Origin: Pseudogymnoascus verrucosus
Lineage: Eukaryota
Strand: one strand, 5' to 3'
Assembly: GCA_001662655.1 (NCBI GenBank)
Contig: KV460240.1
DNA length: 64,000 nucleotides
In this document: positions 1-12,791 of the stretch, in pieces
How positions within the stretch are numbered: position 1 is the first letter of the stretch
Layout: every line of letters begins with the position of its first letter
Program-made: the position numbers and the translations under genes
The notes under the pieces: generated by a model
What the model saw: the letters and a program-made list of their open reading frames with translations, nothing else
Told to the model about the DNA's origin: nothing
Databases searched by the model: none

Positions 1-2350
1 CTGGGTATCCCAATAGTGTCACAGAGGACTACATGGAGTAAGTTCCGAAATATTTCTAACGCGTCATACCTATCTGACAGTGGCCCTTAGATATCAGATC
101 TATGTAAGCATATCAACGTCTCATTGTCATATTATTCCATCTTGCTGGCCACGAAGCATTCATGTATCAAAAACTTCTACAAAGCATTGGCAACTACCCC
201 CCATCAAAACATCCCCTAACACCCCCTCAGGACTCGCTCCAAGCCTTCTCAAGCTCCATAGCTGGCCTCATCGCTTCCCGCGCTGTCCTCGAAGGTACCC
301 TCCCTCTCCCCTTATAATAACCCCTCCTAACACCCTCCAGGCGTTGGAGTCGGCGATGCCACTGCCTCCCCAACAACCGCCCTCCTCCTCTCCGTCCTGC
401 AAGACTCCACCGGCCGTATTGCCACCATCCTCTTCGCCGCACGCCTTGGCCTATCCCTCGAGCCCGAGTGCAAGCGCTGGCGTCTCGTCGCCGACATCTT
501 CAACGATGCCGCTATGATCCTCGATTGCCTCTCTCCCGCTTTCCCAAAGCCGCTACGCGTCAGCCTACTCAGCGCATCTGCCGCACTGCGCGCCCTCTGC
601 GGTGTCGCCGCTGGCTCTGCAAAGGCAAGTCTGAGCGCGCACTTTGCTAAGAGCGGTAACCTGGGCGAGTTGAACGCTGTAAGTTGCCCCTCCCATTACC
701 CCCATCAGATCTCAACCCCTAACAAACCCACAGAAAGATTCCTCCCAAGAAACCATCATCTCCCTCTTCGGCATGCTCGTCGGCACCGCCCTAATCCCCC
801 ACCTCACCACCCCCCTCCAAACCTGGACCTACCTCCTCCTCCTCCTCTCCATCCACCTAACCACCAATTACTTCGCCGTCCGCGCCGTCAGCATGCGCAC
901 CCTAAACCGGCAACGCGCCTCCCTCGTCCTCCGCCCCCTCCTCTCCCCCCCCATCGGCCCCTACGACCTCCCCCCAAACCCGATCGCCACACCCCTCCTC
1001 ATATCACAACAAGAAACAGTAATCCACCTCGACCCCTCCTCACTCCACGATCCAAACCCAGCACACGCCTCCTTCGTCCCTCTCGCCACAGTTCTCTCCC
1101 GTGCTTCGCGCGGCCCGAACCCAATAAAGCCACACATCCTCTTCAGCATCTTCGCCGCAGAATCATACATCCTCTATTTTGACCGCTACACTCGCCACGC
1201 ATTCATAGCGCTCAAATCGTACGCCACAACGTCTACAGCCCTACGCGCCTGGTTCTGCGCCATGGAGTGCGCGCACATGGACGATGGTATGTGGGCGGGC
1301 GGCTGGAGAAGGGGGCTTTCGTGGAAGCCTACGCATGGGGGGGAGGAGGGCACGGATTCCGCGGCGCTAGCGGGGTGCGTGAAGCACGTTGAGAGTGTGT
1401 GGCCGGTTATTAAAAAGGCGTTGAAGGGGAAGGGGTGGGATGTTGATACTAATGCGCTTGAGACGAGGGCGGGGACGAGGTTTCGTGTTGTTGGGGGGAA
1501 GGAGAGGGAGAAGTGGGAGTGGTGGCAGAAGTGGGTTGTGGAAAAGAAGGAAACGCGGCCGAGGGAGACTACGAGCGAAACGACGGAGAAGAAGGGGAAG
1601 GAGGTTAAGAAAGATGCCGTGTGGCCGCCGCTGCCGCCGTGGCCGATCTCTTGGGCTCTTGGGAAGAAAAGCAAGAAATCGGAAAATGTGGCGCTGGTTC
1701 AATCACCTATAAAGGAAATAGCGAGCGAGGCACCCAGCGAAGCAACAGCGAGCTCGGCAACATCGCCCGTCTCGGAAGCAGGATCACATACATCCCGACC
1801 CAAACACCGCCTGCGGAAATGGCTCTCCTCCACCTTCCTTGGAAGTCACGCACCGCGCGGAAGGGAAGACAGGGACAGTGATGCGTCTTCCTCCCGGAGT
1901 GAAAGACCATCGACTGAGAAGCCCTCCCATGACGTCCTCCGTGAGAAAGCAGCGATGGAAGCAGCAGCGGCTGACAGACCCTCCTCCTCCGTCCTCTCCG
2001 AGAAAGCAGCGATGGAAGCAGCAGCGACTCACAAACCCTCCTCCTCCATCCTCTCGGAGAAAGCAGCCCTAGAAGCAGCAGAGGCTGCTAAGCCGTCCTC
2101 CTCCTCCGTCCTCTCCGAGAAAACAGCGATGGAAGCAGCAGCTGCCGATAAACCCTCCTCTTCCTCCGCCCCCTCCAAGAAAGCAGCGCTACAAGCAGCA
2201 GAAGCAGCCGAAGTAGCAGCGTTGGCAGCAGCAGCAACGGCAGCCCGGAACCACGCCAGCAGCTCATCCGAACCCCCGCCGCCCTATTCAGAACTTGTCA
2301 CCAAGGAAGCAGTGGATGAGGGAGGCGAGAGTAGTAGAAAGACCGAGTGA
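1..2350 (+). CDS. RUS1/DUF647 (root UVB-sensitive family) protein, 5'-truncated by the window edge, with a long low-complexity C-terminal extension
   Basis: Exons <1-37, 91-103, 231-294, 341-678, 734-2350 joined by GT..AG introns give GYPNSVTEDYMEYQIYDSLQAFSSSIAGLIASRAVLEGVGVGD...EPECKRWRLVADIFND...KASLSAHFAKSGNLGELNAKDSSQET, typical DUF647 motifs. Confidence 0.9.
1915..2235 (+). repeat. Coding tandem repeat of about 5 degenerate ~57-63 bp units encoding KPSSSVLSEKAAMEAAAA
   Basis: Repeated ccctcctcctccgtcctctccgagaaagcagcgatggaagcagcagc units are visible in both the DNA and the translation. Confidence 0.9.
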
Positions 2351-2459
2351 GTTGAAAGGGCTAGCTAGGACGGCCCAGGGAAGGAGGGAGTGAGGTAAAG
2401 GGGTTAGAATGGCGTAGGGAAAGAGCGCGTGGGGACGCAAGGACACATATACATTTTGA

Positions 2460-2590
2460 GGGAAGGAGCGACTGGGGATGTGGATGAGTTTACTAGGATA
2501 GGTCGAATGGTAGGGAAGTAGGGAAGGAGCGACTACGGGGGTAGATGATGTTTTTCTTGGGAAGGAGCGAAGGGTAGGGAAGGAGCGATT
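2460..2590 (+). repeat. Dispersed short direct repeats GGGAAGGAGCGA (x4) in the RUS1 3' UTR
   Basis: Copies at ~2460, 2521, 2559 and 2577. Confidence 0.7.
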
Positions 2591-5500
2591 GAGCGATTGG
2601 GAGTCAGTTACGTTACGGAGCACTTGAGCGCGCATCTCAGGAGTTTCAAAAGGGTCAAATGGGATGGATATGGATATACGAATTGATGAGATTAATGAGA
2701 TAAATGAATGACACGTATGAATACACGCGTTGTTGTTTCGCGTGACTGTTCTGTTGATGTCTGCCTATTGTAAGGGTGTCTGCCTGCCTGCCTGCCTGGT
2801 GTTATTTCTACGCACTTCCATCCTTCTCTTCACTTACATCACGGTTAGAAGCTGAGAGAAAGATATTGGTATGTATAGTAGTTGAGAGGATGAATTAGCT
2901 TAATATATACAAGATAACTCTGATAATCTAGGTGCCTTCTGTCTGCATGTGCATGAGGTTGTGTATACATATGCTCGACGTAATGGAAATAGTGATATAT
3001 AGGAGAAGCTAGAAATAGGCAACATAATGGAGGAATTTAGGGAGACTGTATGAGTTGCCTTTTGAATTTCTTAGAATGATGTGACTAGTAAAGACTGCCT
3101 GTCTAATGGCTATGAGATAGAGAGTGCATATCTAGTTACAACGCACTAGACTAATGAGCCTCTAAATAACATTTAGCCCGCCGCTTAAATCAAAGGTATA
3201 TTGCAGCACCGTAGGCCTCCTATCTAGTGCATGCCCCTTTACCTAGTGTCCATCTAGATCACAGCCTTAATAGGCTTATAGTTATAGTTGCATGCTTATA
3301 CGCAAAGCTTCTGTATGATAACACTCCCATTGAGCAGACTGTGGACGAGATGGATAGAGGGATGGAATGGATAGACAGACGAGCAGATGGACAGAGGGAC
3401 GGGATAAAAAAACAAACGAACAGGTGAACAGAGGAGAGTAGGAGCAGATAAAGAAACAAGCAGAGCAACATATGAGAGGAGAAACAGATAGATAGAACAG
3501 ATAAGTAGATTGGAGGAGGAGTATATGGATAGAACGTATAACATAACAAGCGACGAACAAACGAGAAGATAAACAGAACAACATATGAACAGACAACCAA
3601 AGCAGATAATCAGACAATAGGAGTAACACAAAGCAACACACAACACAATAGGGGCAACCAACCCTGCCAAACACAGAGAAAACAAGACCACATACCTCAC
3701 CGCGAGCCAACCCAAACACCTCATGCCTCCCCATCCCAATCAGCCACCACAACAACACCAACCTGACTCGACGGACGGACAACCACACGGACATACAGAC
3801 AAATGACGATGCAAGAAAACCAATTCACTCACTGCCCCGCCCGTCCTCCTCCTCTCGCCATGATATGCACTTCCCCGAATCTAACCGCCCTCATTCCCAG
3901 TCCCCTTCCCGAACCCTCAAGCCAAGTCCCACCTCCCCCTCCCCATCCCAAACAAGCACTCGGGCCCAGCCCGCTACCCTCACACCGCCGATCCCTCGTT
4001 CGCGCCAGATCTAGATCTCCCTCGATTCCCCCTCCTTGCACGTACATACCCAAACTCCGGTTGCACGAGTACTATACTGTAGTGGAGAGAAGTGTACGGT
4101 ACGGTGGCTAGGTGGGTGTGTTGGGGTTGGGAGGGGGAGGAGGGGGAAAGTAGCCGCATCGCATCCCACGGAGAATCCGCGTCCGAAGGCTCATCGGGCC
4201 GGCTGGCGCTGTGTGGTGAAGAGGGGGAAGGAGGGGGAGGCGTGTGCGGGCGGCTTATTGGGTTACAGGCTATTATACTCTACCAGGTGCTGGGGGTCCG
4301 CTTTTCGATTAGGACGTACAGTACGTGGTGCTGTCCTGTCTAGAAGGGTAAGGTAGGAGGAGGCGAGGATGCTGGATTGGGAGGGTGAGAGGGTTAAGGC
4401 GGGCTTGGGTGTGCTGGCTTTAGAAGATGGTGGTGGTGGCTTGGCTACTTCTGTTCGGTTTTGGAAGTTAGCCCTATAACACAACCCTCACACCAAGTTG
4501 CTGCAGATAGTGCGAGAAATAGATACACCGATAGATATAGTACTATACTATACTATACCATCCACCCATCCCCAAGAAAGCCGCATACAGCACACCACAC
4601 GGCCCTACAACGGCCCCCCGAACCGCTGTCACCGTATCAACCTACTTCCTCACTTACTCACTCACTTGCTTACTAATTGTCTCATCTCGCGCCGCGCTGC
4701 CAGGTCTCGGAGACATACCCTATCTGACTGAAGTGAGACCTTGTCTCGGCTCACCGGCGGGGTCTGGAGCGCACTATACAGCGCTGTAGATCGCAGCACG
4801 CATCATGCTTAAGGCTGCTTGCGGATACGGGGTTGGGCTGGGCTGAAGATTTACTAATGCTGTGGTTGTGGTGATGAGATCTGGCATTGGTGTGGTGCCG
4901 CGGCTTAATTAGTTCGGTGTGTGTGTGTGTGAACCTAACTTTACTGCGTGTGCTAGGCCTAACTTTAACATATCCTGCAACAGAGTTTGGAGTAAACCAG
5001 GCTGGACTGGTTGGGCTAACGCAGGATAGACCGGGAGAGCGCTGTAACGTTGTCAGAGCCTCAACCTCAGCCTGTAGTTCCCCCGATGGAGGATCTCGGC
5101 GCTACCTGCTGCTGGCACAATCCTCTAATTATTCTGTATCCAGTACAGACAGCGATCTCCTGCACGCCAACCTTCTCTAGCCCCCTAGCCTTACCACACA
5201 CACCTCGGCGTCTAAAACAAACAAACATTTTATTTTTTATTTTTACCCTTTCCCAAATTTCCTATTTTTTTTCTTATTTCTTCCCTTAGTTCGCTGCCAT
5301 CATCATGACACCGAGCAACCTCGGCCGCTTATCTGTGTCCGTTACTTACGGCGGTTCCGAGATATACGTGAATGCGAAACCGTGGATGGGAGAGTTTGGA
5401 AGGGCGGCTGAGCCAAGATGACGGGACGACGGCGGCGGGCGAGGCCGGTTGGATTTGTGTTTTCGATCTGATACCCGGGTATACAGTACGTAGAGTAAGT

Positions 5501-8500
5501 AGGAGATCCCGTCTCTGTCCGAGGAGGTGAGTATACGTAGAGTAAGTAAAGCAAAGCAAGTAGACAGAAGTCAAACTCTCTCAGCGAACCGTTAGAGAAA
5601 ATAACCTTCCCACCATCCATATATCGAAGCGGTTCCGAATTTGTCTCGGCCTCCCATCTCCCTCCCCCTTTACGCCTCCGAATAAAAGTGTTACACGACA
5701 TAAGCGCACACACTACTATACCCCCTTTACATTACCTTAAACAATAGATAGGCAACAGATAGGCACCTCATCCCGGAGCCTCCTCCTCCTCGTCCCACCA
5801 CCTCCCCCCCCCTGCACGGCATCCCCGAATCCAGCAATCTTCCAGAAGCCCCCCATAGAAGAAGTTTTTTTTCTTCTTCTCCTTCTTCATGGATCGTGGG
5901 TGGATTTTTGTGGCGCACACACCACCCACCCCCGTTTCCTTTTTTTCCCTTGACCGCGGCTGGCGAGAGACCGACCGGGCTAGATTGGGCTGGAGGGTAA
6001 AAAAGTGGGGGAAGCGAATCTGTAATAGGAACAGAAAGCCGGGGAGGATGGGTGGGGCCGTGTGTGGATACGGTTCGTGAGATTTGAGATTCGAGATTCT
6101 TTGTACCTTTTGGATGTACCGCCGTATAGTGGAGAGAAAGAAGGGAAGGTAGATTAGGTGGTGGCGAAATCTGTAATTTTTTTCTCTCGTCTCTCTTTAC
6201 TGTAAGGGTCTTTTTAGAGTAAGTCGATTATCTGGCGTCAAGACGGGACGGGTGAGTTCGGGAAGCGTTGTGGGTGACAGATGGAGTGGCCAGAGAGGCG
6301 TGGTGAGGGGACAGGCGGCGGGTGAAGAAGGGGGGTAGGGTAGGCAATTAGGATAATCAGCCCTGTCCTGTCCCCCAGGGTATCAGGGTGATGAGACGGA
6401 GTAATTTATCGAGATAAGAAGACTTCATCGCTGGGATAGTTACTGTATGGTATGGTAGATAATAGATGGGCTGTTACAGCAGATAGATGGGGAGTGGATA
6501 TATATAAGAGCGCGTTAAGATATAGATATAGTGGTCTCTTCCATGATGTTTGATACATGTCTTGGTCCTGTGTGAGAGGGACAGGATAATATGTCTCGCC
6601 GAGGCAAGCAGCGACGATCTGATCGGCGTGCCGCGTGGGGGTTAATCTACTCACCTCTCACTCTACTAGCACGCACTACACTCTACTTACTCCATTACTA
6701 TATTGACGCCACCGTTTCCCATCACCACCCACTCTCCGAGACCGGGGATCCGCGCCGGTTTGATAGTTCAGCGGGGTTCTTTCGCAAGTTCGAGTGAGAG
6801 TCGCGAGAGTGCTAAGGGTCTATCTGGCCTGTGGGGATTGTGCAATGGTCCTCGATGAGTGCGTGCGCAGTGGGTATACCTGCCTGTAGTAGGCATTTTT
6901 TTGGCGTGTAGAGCGGGTTATTACAGTGCATTATCGATTCCCTCACCCTCTGGCGTTGTAGTAGAACAGATAAAGCACAAACCCCACACGTGCTCTCCCC
7001 CCAGTAGTAGTGAATCCAAGAACCGTATCATCATCACTCCCAAACAACCGTTACATCTCCCGTGCCCATCCCCAAACCCCTCGGCGACGCAGCATGACGG
7101 CATAGTGAGGTGAGTGGCGAACTCACCTCTCCCTCTTTCCCATCTTAAACCGTAACATTCCCATCCCCATCCCCATCCGTCCTTTCAGGATATGCAAACC
7201 GCCAAACCTGCAACCTTGGAGAAGGTACAAACGCCTAGCACCGCCGATCCCCAGCCGTTGGCTGCGACGCTGGCGGGTTTTAGCCTGAGGGTGGAAAGGT
7301 TGGCAGAGGGTTGGCAGACGACGTGCGTGGGGGTCTTGCTAAATGGGTGGATGGGATGGCGCGACGGTGTGGGGTTTGGTTGGTTGGTTTGGTGTGTGTG
7401 GTGGCGGGTCGGTTTGGTTTGGCTCCGATTTCTTTCGCTAAAGGCAGGAGGAGCAGAATCTGGAGAGGGAGGAGGTGTTGTATTGGACCATTGGACCTTG
7501 GTTGGTACGTCTGTGTTTCGGGGGATCATTCCCGGGCCGCTAGACCCTTCTTTTTTTGTGCGCAGGACGCATTTGCTACAGTAGTGCCGTCCATGGCATG
7601 AAAGTGAAAGTAAGAGGAAAGGTACGTACCCACTCTTCTTCTTTATTCCCATTCCCATTCCCGGGGTCTGGCTGGCTGCGCGGAGGAGGCTTGTGGTTGC
7701 CAGAAGGAACACGAAAAAGAGACGCTACTGCGCGCAGGCTGTCGGCTGGAACGGGGTAAAATGGTAAATGGGGTGAGATGGGTTAAGTAGACAGGGTTGG
7801 TGAGCAGGGGCAGGCGAGATGGGGGGGGTTGCTTGCTGATCGAAGAGGTAAGGGGTGGTGAGAGGGATGCAAGGGGGGAGCACGTGCGGTGTCACGCGCT
7901 GGGGTGAGGTGGGTTTGGTGCTTCTGGAAGGAATGGGGGTGAGATGAGGTAGGGTGGGGTTAACGGGGGTTGAGTGGTGGTGGCCGGCTGGGGGAAGGTA
8001 AGGGAGGGATGATGAGGCTGGGATGTTGGAGATCACGGCGTCGGGGTCGCAGTTGTGCCGTCTCTATCGCTATCGCTGTCCATCTCTGTCATCTATTCGC
8101 TCTTCCCATTACAAAACAAGCAAACAAGCCACAAACCCAACCGTCATCAGCCATATCTGCCACCTCACACACCACCCACTCATCCAAATCCTGCTTTGTC
8201 ATTTCACTCTCCCCTTCCCTCCTCCCCCAATCAGCCATCACGCAACTCGTCACATCTCCTCTCTCTCACCCGGCGCTAGTCTATCACCATCTCCACTTCT
8301 CCCTTCGCCCCCCTCGCCTGCATACAACACAAATCGAACCAACCACCACACTACCCCCGAAATGGAAGTGGCGTCCGGGTGATTGGCTCTGGAGTGGGGC
8401 GAGCCTGGCCGCTTGGGGGTTGGTGGCAAGGTTCTAGCGTCGTTCTAGTGAGGACGGGGGGTGGTGGTGCTAGTATGGGATTGGGTGGTTTGGATGGATT

Positions 8501-11500
8501 GCTTTTTTGTGTTGGTGGTGTTCGGCTTGCGCGGTTGCTTGGGATTGGATTGGATTGACCTGGGTGGGTGGCTGTGTGTGTGGTGGTGATGCTATGCTGA
8601 GTGAGTTTGGGATGGGGTGATTGGGGGTAGAAGATACTTGGGCGCAGTATCGGTGTGCGGTGTGGAGTGGCGGTATCTTGTACGACGGTGTAGCCTGTGT
8701 TGGTGCCTTTTTCCCCACACCTTTTCGCGCCTTCCAACTCCTTCGAAGTACGCCTTCTATCCCCTCTCTTCCCTCTTCCATGCAGCAGAGTACAAGGGAT
8801 AAGAGGAGAGGAGAGTCCAGCCTGGTCCAGTGACCAGGGAGGTGCAGAGGGAGGTACTCTTGCCATATAGATTGTGTACGGAGGGACTTGATGATGCATA
8901 CTACACTATGCTATGCTATCGATAACCAATCCAACCCAACTCTCCGTTTGCTGGATTGTATGGGATGGGCGGCGTGACAGGATTGTGTCATATCTCCTAC
9001 TCTATTCATCATCTATTGCCATCTTCCATCATATAATCCCATCATATACTGTCATATACATACTGTAGAATGTAGAATGTAGAATGTATAGAATAGAATA
9101 CATATTATTTCGTATAGACAATGTATCTTATCGCGTCCAGATAATCCTGTATGGTCCATCCATCCCTATAATCTGGAGTACAGTAGCATAATAATTAGTA
9201 CTCTAAATTCCTGCCGGGTACTATTATTACTGCCGCCATACTACCACCGCCATGCTACCATACTACCCTATCCCATCCCATCCCCCCCCTCTACTCTCCC
9301 ACTCTAGTATGAACAGCAGAGATCGGCGTTTCCGTGGCTCTGTCATCTCGTCATCTCAGTCACCTTCGTCACATCGTTCGCTCATATCGTCACATTTATT
9401 TATCAGCACTCAGTCACACTCAGTCACACTCAGTCACTCATCTCAATTCATTCATCCTCGGCCTCTAATCCGGCTCACTAATCTTACCAGTCCTTCTTGA
9501 ACCCTGGCCCTGACAACCCTCTTAACCCTCCCAAAGCATACCTATCCTTCCCAATATAGTACCAGTAACTCTCCCATTCCTCTCTTATTGATTGTCTTTG
9601 TGTCTGTATTCGTCTATTGTCTCCTTACTGGGCTCCTCTTTCTCCTCTTTGACCCTTGAACATTCCATCTCGCCTCCATCTCGCCTCAAAGCACTCTACG
9701 AACCCCTACACATCCTCTTACATTGCTGCACTCTACCTGCACTTCTACCTGCACTTCTACTCTATTGCACATAAACGCCAAGCCTACGCCCTGCCGCCCG
9801 CCTGTCTCCCCTACCCTGCGCCAGCCCTTGCCTGTCAAATCGACTGGGACTGGGAACTGACGACCGAACGATTCATCCATCCGAACTCCTTGACTCCACC
9901 AACCTCGCCACCGAACCCTGAGCAGCGTACACTCTACTCCCTACTTCCCGTACTCTATTCTTTCCTTCCCTTCCAGAAGCGATAGAAGAAGAAACGACCG
10001 GCGAAGGAGGAGAGTACCTGCTCCTGGTACTTTATCTCTACTCTACGATTACTCTAATACCCTGCCGCTACTTATCCGCCGCGCTTCGCTGTTCTCGAAC
10101 TGCTGCTTGTTTTACTCTCGCTGCTTCCTGGCCCTGCCTGCTCCACCAACAAACTCTCTCTCAACCCACTCTCTTACTCAACTGTACAACTATTCTATTT
10201 GTACAGTAAAGAAAAAGGTAAGAAAATAACACCTCGTTGCCACCCTCACCTCATATCTGCTTCCCAAGAAACTCCACCGCCCGCTACAATCCACTCTGTC
10301 CACTCGTCGTCGTTGTTCAAACCCCCCAAGTGGCACCTCGGACACTCTCGCAACTCGCACCTTTGCACAGTGGCAACCTGCAACCCGCAAGACCCGTTGC
10401 GACCAGCCTTCCTCTTCTAGTAACCTAGCCTGACTTGCCATACGGAGCACTATTTACTTACTTTTTTACTTGTAGTACTCAACATCAACGACAAAAGTTA
10501 CTTACTTGCTCAAAACCAGGCCTTCCATCATTCCGCTGTCCCACGCCCCTCCCTGACCCCGAAAAGAAAAGTCTCCACTGTACGGATTGAACGGACTGAG
10601 CGGACTGAACGGAGTACTCGCCTTTATTACGTCTTGGCCCCACAAGCACCCACAAGCATCCACTATTCAGAGTACCTTACTACTGAAATACCCACTTCGG
10701 ATCTCAGATGCACAGAAGCCTCTTTCGAAACATCCATAACGACCCATATCCCTTCTCCGAGACCAGCCCATCCTTCCCGACCGACCCATTCACTCATTTC
10801 TGCGCGAGAACGTGCTGTCTTTAGCCGCGCCAAACCGATCCCCGTTTGCTCCATACGCTCCATACGATCCATATCGATCCATATCCGCTCCATACCTTAC
10901 CTCACACAAGCACAAGCACACAATCACACCTTGCGAGCCTTGACAGCAAAAAAAAGGCTGCCAGCCGTTGCCTCTTTTCCAGGGCAGTGGGACTATAAGT
11001 GGACTTAGTGCCCATTACCGCACCACCTTGGTGTCACCCGCTACGAAAAAAAGAAAGAGTAGTTATTACGAAAAAAGAGGAATCTACGAATCGGGTCTTT
11101 ACATACATCGTCACTGGCGACACAAAGAATCTGTCACAGGCTACTCTCTCTTATACCTCTCCTTCCCGACACTCTCGCCAACGTTACACGAAGGGTTACT
11201 CAAAGGCACGTTGTGACCACCGCCACACCAACATACACCACGACTCTCACACCCATACCATACATTCGGACGCGCGGAGCCCAGGAAACATTCCTGACGA
11301 AGCACTGCATAACGCTTGACACCCGGGTGTCTTGGAACGGAAACGGAGATCGCCAACCATTGGAAGTTTGATCGGCTACCTACATGCGTTAAAAGTGATT
11401 CGTCGTTTCTTAGATCCTCCAGTCAAATCGAAGACCCTCTTTTGTCCCAAACGCGACTCCAAAAAGGTCGTTGTCCTCATTACCAGATACTCTACTGCAT

Positions 11501-11609
11501 TACACATACACGACGTTGCCAATGCTGTCGATATAGAAACGTCTCTCCATCTTTCAGTACACGAAAGAGCAGGAGCAGTAGCATAGCCGGAAAAGAGGCC
11601 AAGGGCTTC

Positions 11610-12791
11610 ATGAGGTTCTCCCGAATCGCAATGAGAAAGTCGAAACGACCGAAACAATTATCTCAACAAAACCACGAAGAAAATACCGCTTATCCCTCGC
11701 CGAGGTGCTCTGCGGTCGTCTTCGACTGGGACGCCGACGACGAATTCATGTCGTCTGGCGACAACCTGCCATCGAGGCCACTGAGCCTTGCCATACCCGC
11801 TGGCCCATACTGCCCACGAAGGCCGACACTACGAGAGGTGCTCGCAAACTCGGCACCGCCGCCATGGACGCTCAGCGCCTTTATGGCCTACCTTTCACAA
11901 AATCACTGTTTGGAAACACTAGAATTTACAATGGATGCTTCGCGGTACCGGAAACATTATGAAACATTACGAGAGAATAGCCGTGGGCTACTAATTACAC
12001 CGTCGACGGAGGGTTGCGAATACGTTCGTATGCTATGGCAGAAGCTGCTGGATGCCTACATCACACCGAATGGACCCCGCGAGGTCAACCTACCGTCCGA
12101 CGTTCGCGATCGCCTCGTCTCTGCCCCAAACCACTTCACACCACCACACCCCTCACAACTCGATACGGCCGTCAGGATAGTGTATGATCTCATGGAGGAG
12201 AGTGTCCTTGTGCCCTTCCTTAATTCCGTCTCGGTAACGCGAGGCCCCACCACCTACTCGAGTCCGTACCCGTCGACGGATGATATGTCGGGTATGCTCA
12301 CACAGGAGTCTCGTAACTACTCCGGATCCTCTTCACAGTCAGGCTATGGAAGTTCGAGCCGTGACACACAAACTTACTCCGGACCTCTACGCCCGTCACA
12401 ACCTTCTCACCTTGCGCTTGCCCTTAAGCGTGGCCTCGGTTCTCATTATACCTCGTCTACGACCAGCAGCGCCGAAGCAAACGACGACTCCTACACCGAC
12501 GACAGCATGAGCACCGCCGACTCTCCGACTTCCCTCGGTGAGCCCATGACGCCCCCAATCACACCACCCACATCCGACTCGCTCGACTTCTCCGATTCAA
12601 GCCCGAAGGCGAAATCCGGGTCCGCCTGGGAGAAGATGGGCTTCAAGTGGGGACTCCGCAAGACGCGCCCCTCGCACACCTCCGAATCCAGCTCGAGCAC
12701 CTCGAGCTACCCGCACGCGCCTCGCCACAATGCCAACCAATACAATCCGAGCACATCCAGCAGCTACCCGCACGCCCGCCCTCCGCAATAG
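11610..12791 (+). CDS. Regulator of G-protein signalling (RGS domain; RgsA/Rgs2-like)
   Basis: Intronless ORF with the RGS box RRPTLREVLANSAPPPWTLSAFMAYLSQNHCLETLEFTMD...YITPNGPREVNLPSDVRD...VYDLMEESVLVPFLNS. First in-frame ATG is at 11610; the frame is open from 11316. Confidence 0.9.
   Translation: MRFSRIAMRKSKRPKQLSQQNHEENTAYPSPRCSAVVFDWDADDEFMSSGDNLPSRPLSLAIPAGPYCPRRPTLREVLANSAPPPWTLSAFMAYLSQNHCLETLEFTMDASRYRKHYETLRENSRGLLITPSTEGCEYVRMLWQKLLDAYITPNGPREVNLPSDVRDRLVSAPNHFTPPHPSQLDTAVRIVYDLMEESVLVPFLNSVSVTRGPTTYSSPYPSTDDMSGMLTQESRNYSGSSSQSGYGSSSRDTQTYSGPLRPSQPSHLALALKRGLGSHYTSSTTSSAEANDDSYTDDSMSTADSPTSLGEPMTPPITPPTSDSLDFSDSSPKAKSGSAWEKMGFKWGLRKTRPSHTSESSSSTSSYPHAPRHNANQYNPSTSSSYPHARPPQ

Noticed and set aside
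4777..4788. Perfect 12-bp palindrome TACAGCGCTGTA
   Set aside because: Several palindromes of this length are expected by chance in 64 kb, and there is no supporting context
3227..9000. Many 60-180 aa ORFs on both strands
   Set aside because: Low-complexity translations, mostly non-ATG starts and no recognisable domains; they arise from skewed composition
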